Shown here one piece after another: positions 25,201 through 36,992 of a stretch of DNA of 64,000 nucleotides. This DNA is from Squalus acanthias (Eukaryota), in assembly GCA_030390025.1 (NCBI GenBank), contig CM059425.1:160952001-161016000 (forward strand), in the 5' to 3' direction. The position numbers were made by a program, and so were the translations under genes. Under the pieces are notes generated by a model. The model had not been told where the DNA came from, searched no databases, and saw only the letters and a program-made list of their open reading frames with translations. Numbering within the stretch: the first letter of the stretch is position 1; each line of letters opens with the position of its first letter.

Positions 25201-25936
25201 ATTTGGTGCAGAAATGCTACTGCCGTTCTCAAAGAGTTTAAACAAGTACTGCAGTCCTCAAAGAGTTAATGTACAAGAACTGACAGGAACAGTGATAACT
25301 TTACTCCAGCCTATACCAACTGGGTGATACTCTCCATATGTCGCTTCCCTGACTGAGAATAAGGCCCGATTCAAACCATCTGCCTTAAGGCAAGGGGTGA
25401 GTGATAGCACCCACAACGCATTGGTCCTGTCTCAGCCAGTAACTTCTCCAGAAACAAAGCAAGCCACTGTTGAGGCAAACAGCTCAGACCACAAAACCTC
25501 ATCATATGATCCACTTGCAGGGAGAACAGGTCTCTGACAGCAACCAGCACTCACAACATCCAGCCAGACAAATGGCTGAAAAGCATTTTTACAGAAGTGA
25601 TTCTGCAGCCAGCCACAGAGGAAAACAGTCATATTAAGGATGGCTTGATGTCTTTCCTCCTTCACTGACCAGCATTGATGAAATTACAAGTGTCTGTGCT
25701 GTGGATAAGATAAGTGTCAGTTTACAAGCAGAATCAGAACTTAGGCCAAATACCCCCTTTTGGGACACTTACATAAAGATCGGCTCCTCCTCCATGTCCT
25801 TCTTCTACATCTCTAGGTCAACTACCTCACCTTTTCTCTTCATGCCAGTCAGAAACGCAAATTCAGCCTATTGAGAGTCTGTGGTTGCCTTTCCATCCAG
25901 ATGCACTGGAAGATATACCTAAAAATAAATTTTTAA
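25201..25936 (+). pseudogene. Candidate exon F of the unidentified gene (decayed)
   Basis: Acceptor aacgttttAG (phase 2, matching the exon E donor), donor AA|GTGAGT (25937). The frame FGAEMLLPFSKSLNKYCSPQR... runs about 150 codons broken only by TGA (25325, 25535, 25577, ...). Confidence 0.45.
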
Positions 25937-26483
25937 GTGAGTTATTTTTGTGAGTCTTTACAATATAATAAGGCGAGTATGTCAAATAATACACTGATTT
26001 TAGAGTTACATTTAGTCTACAAATGTGCAAGAGAAATGCCTATGTCACATCCTGCCAAAAGCAACATGGACGTTGGATCTGAAGTTTATATATTATCAAT
26101 TTGGGCAGACCAAATTTGCATAATTGGAGCATGAAATCACACTGGTAAGCAATACTGTATTTAATTGTCTCCTATATGGATTGGGAAGTAAGGAGGGTTA
26201 AATGTGCATTACTGCTAAATAGAGATTACCTTCATTAAAAAACTGTTGCAAAGAAATGACAAACCTTACTAAGGCTCTACGATAGGGACACTCCTCTCAG
26301 TCCAAATATGAACTTTATTTTCAAATACCAAATATACATTAGATCACAGAATGCGTCACACAGTGTCGTTCATTATATTCAATCATGTTTCAGGGTTCAA
26401 CTGCTGGTGTCACCCTTCTAAGTTTTAAACTGCAACATTGGCCTCTGTGAAAGAATATCACACATATAAGATACCTGTAAAAT

Positions 26484-26863
26484 AAGAAAGACTTGCATTC
26501 ATATAGCACCTTTCATGATCTTAAGATGTCCCAAAGTGCTTTACAGCCAATATAGCACTTTACAAGTCACAATTGTGATGTAGGAAATGTGGTAGCCAAT
26601 TTGCACACAACAAGCTCCCACAAACAGCAAAGAAATAAATGACCAGATCATCTGTTTTAGGTAGCAACGTGTTGGCTGAGGGTTAAATGTTGGTCAGGAT
26701 TCTGGGAGAACTCCCCGGTTTTTCTTCGAATATTGCCGTGGGCTCTTTTATGTCCACCTGAAAGGGCAGATGGGACCTCGGTTTAACGATTGATCCAAAA
26801 GACAGCACCTCCAATAGTGCAGCACTCCCTTAGTACTGCTACCATTGAGCCAAGGCTGACACC
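26484..26863 (-). mobile_element. tRNA/Deu-type SINE with a deletion in the head
   Basis: Reverse-complement copy of 2651-3109 from tail to ggctgacacc. It jumps from gtactgc to taccattgagcc, losing the B-box region. Confidence 0.85.
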
Positions 26864-27260
26864 TATCTAGAGGTTTTGTACTATCTCTTCTCCATGCTTA
26901 TTAATGAGTCAAACTTGCCTTAAAGTATTTTAACCCTAACAACCAAGGCAGAAGTTGGCATAAAGTAATATGCCAGTTATGTTACATTTTTGGGGCTTTA
27001 GAATTGTTATTGGAAAATAGGAAGCAGAATTAAAGCTGGAGTTTTAGTGAGAGAGGGTGCAGGTGGTGGAGTTTTGTATGAATTTATGTAGTATAGATTT
27101 GAGATGCAGCTCAGAAGGGATTTGGAGAAGTTGAGTTTAAAGATAACTAAAGCATGGCGAATAATTTAAGCAGCTGTGGAGTTGAGGTAAAGGCAGAAGT
27201 GGGTGATATTGTGAGGTGGAAGTGATGGATAAGATATGGGTTTGAAGTTCAGCTCAGTGT

Positions 27261-27384
27261 CATAGAAACATAGAAACATAGAAACTAGGAGCAGGAGTAG
27301 ACCATTCGGCCCGTCGAGCCTGCTCCACCATTCAATACGATCATGGCTGATCATCCAAATCCAGTACCCTGTCCCTGCTTTCTC
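27261..27384 (-). mobile_element. CR1 3' tail insertion
   Basis: (CATAGAAA)3 followed by ctaggagcaggagtagaccattcggcccgtcgagcctgctccaccattc, nearly identical to 21236-21350. Confidence 0.9.
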
Positions 27385-27394
27385 ACACAGAATC

Positions 27395-27560
27395 CCCATC
27401 GAGCCTACACTGACACATATCCCACCCTATCCCCGTAACCCCACGTATTTAATTCCCCCTAACATATCCCATCCTATCCCTGTAACCCCACATATTTAAT
27501 CCCCCCCTAACACTAAGGGTCAATTTATCATAGCCAAATCAACCTAACCCGACTCTTTGG
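27395..27560 (-). mobile_element. V-SINE (HE1-like) fragment with an internal ~48-bp tandem duplication
   Basis: acactaagggtcaatttatcatagccaaatcaacctaacc...tctttgg resembles the V-SINE core. The unit acatatccc..ccctatccc.gtaaccccac.tatttaat.ccccctaac occurs twice. Confidence 0.6.
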
Positions 27561-28875
27561 TTAGATTCTTTCTGGTTTAGTGAGCAAACAATCAGGGAGG
27601 GAAATGGAGATGGAGACTAGGATAAAGTTTTTGGCAGGAGCCAAACAGGATGGCTTCAGTCTTGCTAATGTACAGTTGGACATGGTTCTGGCTTACCCAC
27701 CACTTATGTTGGATAAGCAATCTGACAGCATAGTGATGGTCAATAAAGTCGAGGGTGGTGATAGAGAGGTTGACCTGACTGTCATCGGCATATATGTGGA
27801 AGATGAACCCAAACCTATTGATAGTGTCACTCGGGGCAATATGTAAAAGAGGAAAAGGAGGGGGCCAAGGACGGAAACTTGGTGTATTCCCGAGGTGACC
27901 ACAAAAGGCAAAAGAAGAAGCTATTGCTAGATGTGTACCGCCTACTTTGGGAGGAGGACATTCCCATGGAGGCTGACATAGGAGGAGGGGCGGTGGAGTG
28001 GTTAACTGCCTCAAATGCCATAAGAGGTTGAGGAGGAGGATAAGAAGGATAACATGCTGTGGTCACAGTCATAGTCATAAAGGATGTTAGGCAGTGCTAT
28101 GCTGTGAGCAGGCATAAACCAGAATGAAAGGATTCAACAGGTAATTTGGGGAGAACTGAACATGGAACTGGTTGGAAAATAAAGCATTCAAACATCTTAG
28201 AAAGGAAAGATATTTTAAGTAATAGTTGCAGCAGACAGAAGTGTCAAGCATGGATTTTTTGAAGAGGTTGTTTATGACAAAATCTTTAAAGGGAAGGAGA
28301 ACACTGCCTCTGCAAAGGAAGCCATTAACAATGTCATCAAGCATTGGAGCAAAGAAAGGTGTGGTCAAGAGTTCAGTTGTGAAGGGATTGAAACAGCAGG
28401 ATCTCATTGACCAGATGGGCCTGGTAATGGTTGGGTAGGGGGAGCAGGACAATTGGGAAGAAGTTATGAAATGAGATGGACTGGGGTAAGGGATGCAATG
28501 GGGAGGTCAGGGACAAGGGAGCAGGAGGAGACGAAGGTACCCAAGCAGTTACAATCTTGGAGACAAAAAAATCCATAAACTCCTTGCACTTGGCGTTGTA
28601 GGTGAGGATGGAGAGAACAGAGAGGGCAACACAGGGGGTTGTTAGTTGTTGAGCAGAGGAATATGGGATTGTTTATACCCACCAGGTGATCCTGGAGTAG
28701 TAGGAAGATTAAACCATGGAGCAGGACAGACTTTATTACTTGAGGAAGTCCAACCAGATCTGGTGGAGGACAAGCAGTCACATAATGTGTCAGATGCCCT
28801 CAAGTCTGCAAATTTCAGATTTGAGGGTGCATAATTAGGAGCTGTACATGAGCAGACAGTGAGATGACATGCCAT

Positions 28876-29376
28876 GAGAGACGATTCACACGGTTGATTC
28901 CTGAGATGAGGGGGTTGACTTATGAAGAAAGGTTGAGCAGGTTAGGCCTATACTCATTGGAATTTAGAAGAATGAGAGGTGATCTTACTGACACATTTAA
29001 GATACTGAGGGGGCTCGATAAGGTAGATGCAGAGAGGATGTTTCCCCTCGTGGGGAAATCTAAAACTCGGGGGCATAGTTTCAGAATAAAGGGTCGGCCT
29101 TTTAGAACTGAGATGAGGAGGAATTTCTTCTCTCAGAGGGTCGTAAATCTGTGGAATTCTCTGCCCCAGAGAGCCGTGGAGGCTGGGTCATTAAATACAT
29201 TTAAGGTGGAGATAGACAGATTTTTACAAGATAAGGGAGTGAAGGGTTATGGGGAGCGGGCAGGGAAGTGGCTTTGAGCCCAAGATCAGCCATGATCTTA
29301 TTGAATGGCGGAGCAGGCTCGAGGGATCAAGTGGCCTATTCCTGCTCCTATTTCTTATGTTCTTATGTTCTTATGA
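28876..29376 (+). mobile_element. CR1 LINE 3' fragment nested in the L2
   Basis: RRFTRLIPEMRGLTYEERLSRLGLYSLEFRRMRGDL...WNSLPQ; tail (TTCTTATG)3. Confidence 0.95.
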
Positions 29377-31063
29377 CCTGGTAGGGTGAGGACATCAAAA
29401 ACAATCCCCAGGGAGCTGTTGAGCAGGTTGATAGAGGCGGTAGTGTCATGGAAGGTGGAGAACCAAAAGACAGGAAATTGGCAATTATAGAGTGTGTTGA
29501 TGGGGAATGTTTTTCCAGATGCAGAGGGCAAAGGTAGTGTGGCTGGAGGTTAAAAAGGAAGATGTGAATATTGAGAGGAACAAAGAAATGATCAGAGATG
29601 GCCTGGTCAATTATCAAAACCTCAAAGTTAGTGAGGTCTCATGTAATGTGTAGGGTAAGGTTGATTAAGGAGAGGGGGCAGAGAAATTGGATGAAAGGGG
29701 CAAGGGAAATTTAGCTAACGGTTGAAATCACCAAGGAGGAGGAGTCCCTCAGTTCAAAGGCGAAGACAAAAGAATAGGGAGGAGGACTTGATGAAGAAAT
29801 CAATTATGGATTTGTGAAGGCTTGCACTTACGTCGCCATCAATGTTACTGGTACACTTCTGTTCCGAGATCTCTTTTTATTTCTGAACAGAGATCTTAGA
29901 TTCCTTGCCTATTCAAACATTAATGGAACAACATTTTGATAACTGGTTATGATAGAAAAATGTTACAGGATTGAAAAATCTGTCCTGCTGGGTAGTTTCT
30001 TCAGATGAGACCTGGGGTGTACTGTATGGGTGGAAGCCCTTTTATATGATTTGAAGAAGTTGTCCTAATTCTCTTTTGTTGGCTCCTGTGCCTTACTAAC
30101 ACCATGCTTTGTCAAGCACAGTCCACTAAAGGCTTTATTTGAAGCAGAATGTTTCAAGCTAGCTTTGACAATAGCACACATTGATGATTTACCTGGTAGC
30201 TGCATTTAAAAATACTGAAAAAATCAGGTGGACATATTAATTCAATGGCATGGCTTTGCATTTCAACTGAACACTATTATTCACGTCCATAAAATCAGAA
30301 AGTCAAAAAGGACCCATAATCTAAAAACAACAACCACAAACAAAACAATAGCCACAAACAAGTCTCAGAACTCTAATTTAAGGCAACAATTAACAAATTG
30401 CATTCACTCCACATTGCACCAGAATTCAGTTCAGTTGCACAAAGTGAGCACAGCTGCATAATATCAAGGTTTCAGTGCTGATATTATACTCACCACAATC
30501 TCACAGTCAGGCAAAAATGAAACTGAATGAAAATAATGGTGGAACAGCATGAGAAAATGAAAGTTAAAGTGCACCAATTTGGCTGAAGGATGATAGCTAC
30601 TCCACATATGATTTTACTGAAAGTAAGTAACAGAATAACTAGAGGGTCAATGCATAGAGTTGCATGTCTATGAGAAGCGGTTTATGAAAAATACCCCACC
30701 GAGTAACACCAAACCTTATAACCCACAAGCACTGCAGGTGTGTGATCGAAAAGTGAAAACATTGCTACTTTCCTATATCAAATTTAGAAAACCATTAACA
30801 TCTAATCAATGTGCAAAGTGACCATTTCGCAAGCTGCAGCTGGCTTTATTTATTACCAATGAAAATCATATGTATGTATTGTTTTTGAAACATTCTCGAA
30901 ATGATTGTACAGATGTCTAATCAAATTTTATTTTTTTTAAATGACAGCGGTTTTCAAAAGGTAAATTGCCAGTGTTGTCCTAGATAAAGAAAATTAACTT
31001 CAGAGCTCCAAGCTTATTTTCTTCTTTATAAATAGTGACCATAATATGATTAAATTTGATAGT

Positions 31064-31839
31064 GACCCGGATTTTGCGGTAGAAATAATGACGAGGCTAA
31101 CAGTGCTCACCGTTATTAAACTGTAAATTGGACAACAACTTCCAGCGACCGCATATGCGCAGTTAAATACATAAATCAGAGAGTTGCTGTCCAAGATGCC
31201 CTGCTCCTCCAGAAGCTGCGCTACAATGGTATCCTTCCCAAGAGACTCGCCATTAAAAGACATGGAATGGCATGACGTTGCTGTACTCACCTGATATATA
31301 TGAACTAAACTTGCCAGAAAAAGTATGGGTTTGACCATCCCAGTGTAAGTACCCTTTTAATGGTGTGATAAGTCTTAATTACTACCAAGCAACCTCTCTG
31401 GCACTGAAAATTAACTTTAACAAGTGTGGAGTCTCATTCCTTCAGATATTAATTATTGTTGGAGATTTTTTTAAATTCAAAAAAAAATTCAACTTTTTCT
31501 TTCTGTCTCTTTTATCTCTCTCTCTCTTAATCCAATCTTACTTTCCCTCTTTTTATTTCACTTTCTGTACTTGATTTGGCGAATGCAATATTCTAACTGA
31601 TGCTTCCTGGTTCAGACTCTGCGCTGTTCATTAACGATTCTTCAATCTGATTGGTTAAGATGATGCACAGTAGCTTACCCTGTTCACACAGATCCAAGAT
31701 GCCCTGTAGAGGGCACTGTGTTTTTTAAATAGTTGGCTGACAGGAATTCCGGTGCAAAAGTCCATAAAAAGTCATTGAGCAAGTGCAAGTGTAACAAACG
31801 GCTAGCGCCTCATTCACCACTGACCGCAAAATCCGGCCA
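31064..31839. mobile_element. Non-autonomous DNA transposon (Harbinger-like)
   Basis: Perfect 14-bp inverted repeat CCGGATTTTGCGGT at 31067-31080 and 31823-31836. Confidence 0.7.
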
Positions 31840-32049
31840 ATTTTAACTTTGAAGAGATGAGAAATTAATTAAGCGAAGTAAATAGCTCATACTTACAGAC
31901 AGTGGGAAGTATCCAAAGGATTATTTGGTACAATACAAAACCAGTACATACCCCGAAAAGGCAAAGGCTTCACTTGTGTAGTTAAGCACACATGGACAAC
32001 AAATGAGGTAAGGGTCAGTATCAATCTAAAAGTAAATGCTTCCACAAAT

Positions 32050-32395
32050 GCAAGGAAAAGTGGAAATCCAGTGGACTCGGAGTGCTATAAAAAGCAACAA
32101 AGGGATACAAAGAAAGTAGTAAGTGGTGTAAAAAGGAATATGAAAAAAACTTGCAAGGGATATCAAAGCTAACAGCAAAGGCTTTTATAAATACATTAAG
32201 AGAAGGAGAGTGGTAAAGGGAAATGTGGGCCCATTAAAGACAGATGCACGCAAGACAATAATGGATAATAAGGAAAAGGTAGACTGTCTAAATGAGTACT
32301 TTGTATCCATGTTCACAGTGAAGGAAGAAGACAAAATACCAGCAGTACACGGGAACATAAAAATAAGTCATGGAGAGGAACTTAGTCAGCCTAAA
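32050..32395 (+). mobile_element. Old CR1 ORF2 internal fragment
   Basis: LARDIKANSKGFYKYIKRRRVVKGNVGPLK...DCLNEYFVSMFT is the CR1 linker between endonuclease and RT. Confidence 0.8.
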
Positions 32396-33380
32396 CTGTT
32401 GTCACGCATTTCTGAGGGGTTAGAGCAAGAGTCACATCGTAAGAGCTCTGAAGCAAGCTAATTGGCCATGTTCTTGATTGTGATGTGAAAGGGACGTTTT
32501 TAAAAAATAAATTATAGATAAAAATAACACAGAAGTCCTGCTCTTTAACATGCCTAATCTAAATTAAATTTCTATTTCTGAGCCAAAAGATGGTCAATGA
32601 TTTTTAATTAGTTTAAGAGCTACCTTTAGTTGGTGGTCAGAGGCCACATTCAATCAATTAAAGCACTATATTAATTAACAAAATATCATAATGCTTATAG
32701 CATTAAAAAAAACTGTCCCCAATTTCCAACAAAGATGTACATCTCATTTCTTTATTCAGAAACAAAATCTTCTGTCAAGTTTCCTGAATCGTGTGCTGCT
32801 ATGTTGTTGAGCAATGCAGTTTGTAACACCTTTTTTTCACCAGCAGTAGATGTGATTGCTTCTACCTCCTGCAAAATGTTTGGCCAGGCACCATCACTGT
32901 TACTAATGTGTGCTTTCTAACTGTGCTAAAATAACTTTTAACAGAATTTAGTCGCATAAATTAAGTTAATATTTATAATTTCTCATGCTTCAAAATTCTG
33001 TGACAATTCTGAGAAATATAACAATAGCCCTTGGTACATTGCTAAATGAAACAAAGGAGACTTTTATAGATGGATATGTGAAAGTGAGACAGCACCTTGC
33101 GGCAGTGCCCACTCACAGAGAGAGGGGGGAGAACCAGAGAGCAAGTCACCTTGGGCTGCTCTTGAGTACCTCTCAGGGGCTTGGTCATTAGGAGAATCTT
33201 AGGAGCAGGTTGGCTGTTTGCTCTCTCAGCAACCAAATGGTGTATACCACAGGATGATCTTAAAAAATGGAACATTTTTTTTCTTAATGAAATATATGTA
33301 ATATAAACCAAATTAGCTAACAGAAAACATTGTCCCATAACAGCTGTTGTTAATCACTAACATTGTGAAATATTATACAG

Positions 33381-33732
33381 ATCAGATACCTGACATATTT
33401 CCATAAAAACTTTGCAAAGTGAAAATAGAGAAAAAAATCAGTGCCAAACTCTTCATCTAAAAATAACAGCAAGGCCTTCCAGTGAAACTGAATCAAGAAC
33501 TGAAGGAAAGTTCCAAGATCTAATTTCCTTACACTTCCATAAACTTGAATATTGTACACTTCATGTTCACCAACTATTAATGCATACAAGCTCTTTAAAC
33601 AAAAAGAAAAAAATATTTTTTTCTGCAAGCCAATATACAGGCCATCAAACAAGCAAATATATTACAGAAATGTCTGAAGGTGGTAGAACAGCATTTGGAT
33701 ATTGGATGCAATGTAGTTTTAATATCTCTTAA
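33381..33732 (+). pseudogene. Candidate distal exon G of the unidentified gene
   Basis: Branch point CACTAAC (33355-33361) and acceptor tacAG (33379-33380). The phase-2 frame has one TGA (33391) then stays open to 33732. Confidence 0.3.
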
Positions 33733-36700
33733 GAATTTTTTAGTAAAATAGGCTGATGAGGACTATGACGAACTGTTGGATTTAATCTGGCTGTTGTTTG
33801 TTCTTGAAAAAGACAGGGCCTGAAATGGTGCAATCGTGATACGTGCAGGATAGTTACAAATACATCACTTTCAATATTACTAGGCAGCCAGATTCCATAT
33901 ATACTATTATTTTAAATATGCACCTACTCAACCATTTGTGCTCTGGATATCATTACTGGGATGGGAAAAAATTAAAAGCCTTGCCTATCAAACTCCTCCA
34001 GCAGCATCAATAATTATGACCAAACCTTGTTTCAATTACTCTTCCATTACACTGATCTGAATTGCTGTTTCTTCTTCAAATCCTAAGGATTTTACGGTTT
34101 CAGGTTTTACTATATGACAGTTTTATTGATATTAGTTCATATTATTTAATTTTGATGTATGGTTAAACCTACAGTAATGATCAATGTATTGATAAAATAA
34201 TATATTTCCCAGCATAGAAAAATAGACCCATCTTAACCTTTTGTATTTAGTTTTCCTTCCTTCGCTTGATGTGTGAAATAAAGGTATACAGAAGGAAGCT
34301 AATTTAAAAAATTTAAAAGACAATAAAGTTATTTTAAAATGTATTACATTTAGTGAAAGCTTGGTATTACATATTACATGCACATTACTAAATAGAAATC
34401 AAAATCCTAAAGTTACTCTTAAATTTAACAACAACAACATAACAGAAACACTTTAACTTATACTGTTTTTAGCAATTCAGCAACACAACAAACTTCAAAC
34501 CTAAGTTCTGGTTTGGAAAAGCTAAGAATGAATGTGATGCAGACAAACCAGCAAGTGAGGGGTACTGTAGTTCTGCAACCACTGGTAAATTTGTCCAATT
34601 TGTTTGCAAGCTATTAGTGGCTTTATGGCATTTGTTTTCATTTATCTATACTGAAGAAGTTCTGAATATTTTTCACTTGGATCAAAGTAACTGAAAAATT
34701 GTGACTGCTTATTCAGGTTCAGTGTTGGCAGTATAGCTCTTTTTGAGTGCTCCTAATGGTTAATTTATTCAAAATGGACGGACTTTTGCTATTATCTGTG
34801 TGATTTGACATGCAACTAAAACATTTTCATTAACTTAAAAAAAAAGACTGAACAAAAAGAAATTAAATATTTTCTAGTCTAAAAAGGGTTTTGTGTTCAC
34901 TCTTTGAACTTAGTATACTAAAAGCAATTGGGAGCTGAAATGCTTAAATAAATTAACCCTTGGGTAATTTTGGGCAGTTCAGTTGCAAATAGATGTAACT
35001 TTACTGGCATGAATGGTATTTTGTTGCCAAAATGAATTTATTCCAATTTTATTATCGCATTAGCAAAATCTCCAGAGAAAACAATTATAAATAAAACTGC
35101 TTTAATATACGTAAATGTTTCTGTCATAATCTGATGCTTTTTTTTGGTTCTTGTTGGAGTTGCACAACTAGATTACTTATTTTCCTATGCATAACTGTTA
35201 CAAAAATATAGAAACTGACAAATGATATCTACTGATTAATCTGCACTTTATACAACATAGCTCTTTAAATATATTATACTGTAACTTATAAAAACATATC
35301 TCAAAGAAACATGCACACTCACTTCATCAATCAAACATGCTTAAAATAATTTCTGAACAAATCATTTTATTAAATAGTTATATATAATCTTTGGATGGAC
35401 AAATAAGAAACAATTGCTTTGTATAAATATTCTTTAGTAACTCTACTCAAGTTAAATAAAATATTTCTAATGTGCAATTTTCAAAAGTGATTATTTTTCA
35501 TTAATTATGGAGAAAACTGCTTAGAAAAGAGAATTGATACAACTGTGAACTGGAGCCGCTATTCTGTATTTACATACAAGTGGAAGTAAATGCCATAGAG
35601 AGATGAGATTATTCCTCTCTTAGCATATGCAATAATACTGAATGATAATTTGTTTTCCTGTGGTTACTGCAGCTGTTTTAAAAAAGTACTCCCTGTGCAT
35701 TATTTATTTTCATATTCAAGTTTAGTTCCCACATTGAAATAATAATAGTCAATGTGTGATCCACATGGACAGTTTTGCATAGAACTATTCAAGGCTAGTA
35801 GCTTGTTTCAAAGAGTCTAACTTTCCAAAGTTTTTTTACACAATAACTAAGCATTTCTACAAAAGGTTGTGCCTTTGTAAGTTGTTCCTCTCATTGCTTT
35901 TACAGAAACAAAAGAATCTTAATACCTGTACAAAAAAACCTTATTTATTAATGTCCTTGGAATGCAGTAGAAAAAGGTGCATCCTTGCAGCCAACTGGGG
36001 GATTTGGGCTTTGTGGTTCTATTTTTACAAGAATGGGCTGATTTGTCTTAGGCTATTACCGTCTATTACTGCTGGAAGTATCCTGTAAAGGTGGGAAGCA
36101 GCGAATCCTGGCATTCTGCCTAAAGAGAAATCAATGAAACAAATTAATCCTTCGCAGGCTGCAATGACACAGTAATCCATCATTCAGAGCTGCTTTTATA
36201 CACGAAATCAGGGAGCAGGCAGGGAGAAAAGGCCCTGGGGGATACCATAGACACTCACTCACAACATACAGCAAAAAAAATACTGGGGAATCATTTCATT
36301 TGGCTGGGCTACATTTTAAGTTGATTGCCCAATGCTAATAATTTCATTGGGTTAAATACTGATCCCAAAGTATGCACCCAAGGCTAAATGGGCATTTATT
36401 GCGAGGTGCAAAATTACTGGGAATTATACTTAATTGGATGGACAAATAAATAAGAACTTGACCCTGATGTGATCTAATGAATATGGGACCGTTTCACAAA
36501 GTAAATAATTAAGAATAGAATGTCCGAGAAAAGTCGACTTGAGCAACCATTTGCCTTACCAAATGCAATTGAGCTAAAAATGTGCGTAAGGATAATAACG
36601 CCGGGTCTGTAAGGGTTTCAGTCCACATATATATATTTGATGTGACCCAACCATCAGCCACAATTACCCTTTAAAATATTGATTATTTTATGTTAGTGTG

Positions 36701-36970
36701 TGGGTGCGACCGCCCGCCCGCCCGCCGCTGGTGTGTTCCAGCTCCCAAAAGATCTGTATTACATCTTATTCCACTAATGCAGATATTTCAGCCGCACTGC
36801 ATAGACTGCACAAGATATCTTTATGAGTTTAGACTTAACTTAGGAAAATGTGTCATGAAGCGAAATAGAATCATATTCCCTTACAGGTACCGATTAAATA
36901 TTGATTTTAAACATGGTTTATCTCCCTACAGCCTACTTTTCAGCTTCTCGCCATATATTGCATATCAATC

Positions 36971-36992
36971 AGATAGATAGATAGATAGATAA
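36971..36992. repeat. (GATA)n microsatellite
   Basis: agatagatagatagatagataa. Confidence 0.9.

Larger units (their letters stand above)
27040..29800 (-). mobile_element. Old degenerate L2 LINE (endonuclease C-terminus through RT), interrupted twice
   Basis: Minus-strand remnants ISDHFFV (endonuclease end), LFKKSMLDTSVCCNY, SVLGPLLFLFYILP and FHIYADDSQV. Boundaries approximate. Confidence 0.8.

Noticed and set aside
6051-33732. Multi-selenocysteine gene explaining the in-frame TGAs
   Set aside because: Exon E also has TAA/TAG stops, frameshifts and a CR1 insertion, and no SECIS was identified. CpG decay is simpler.
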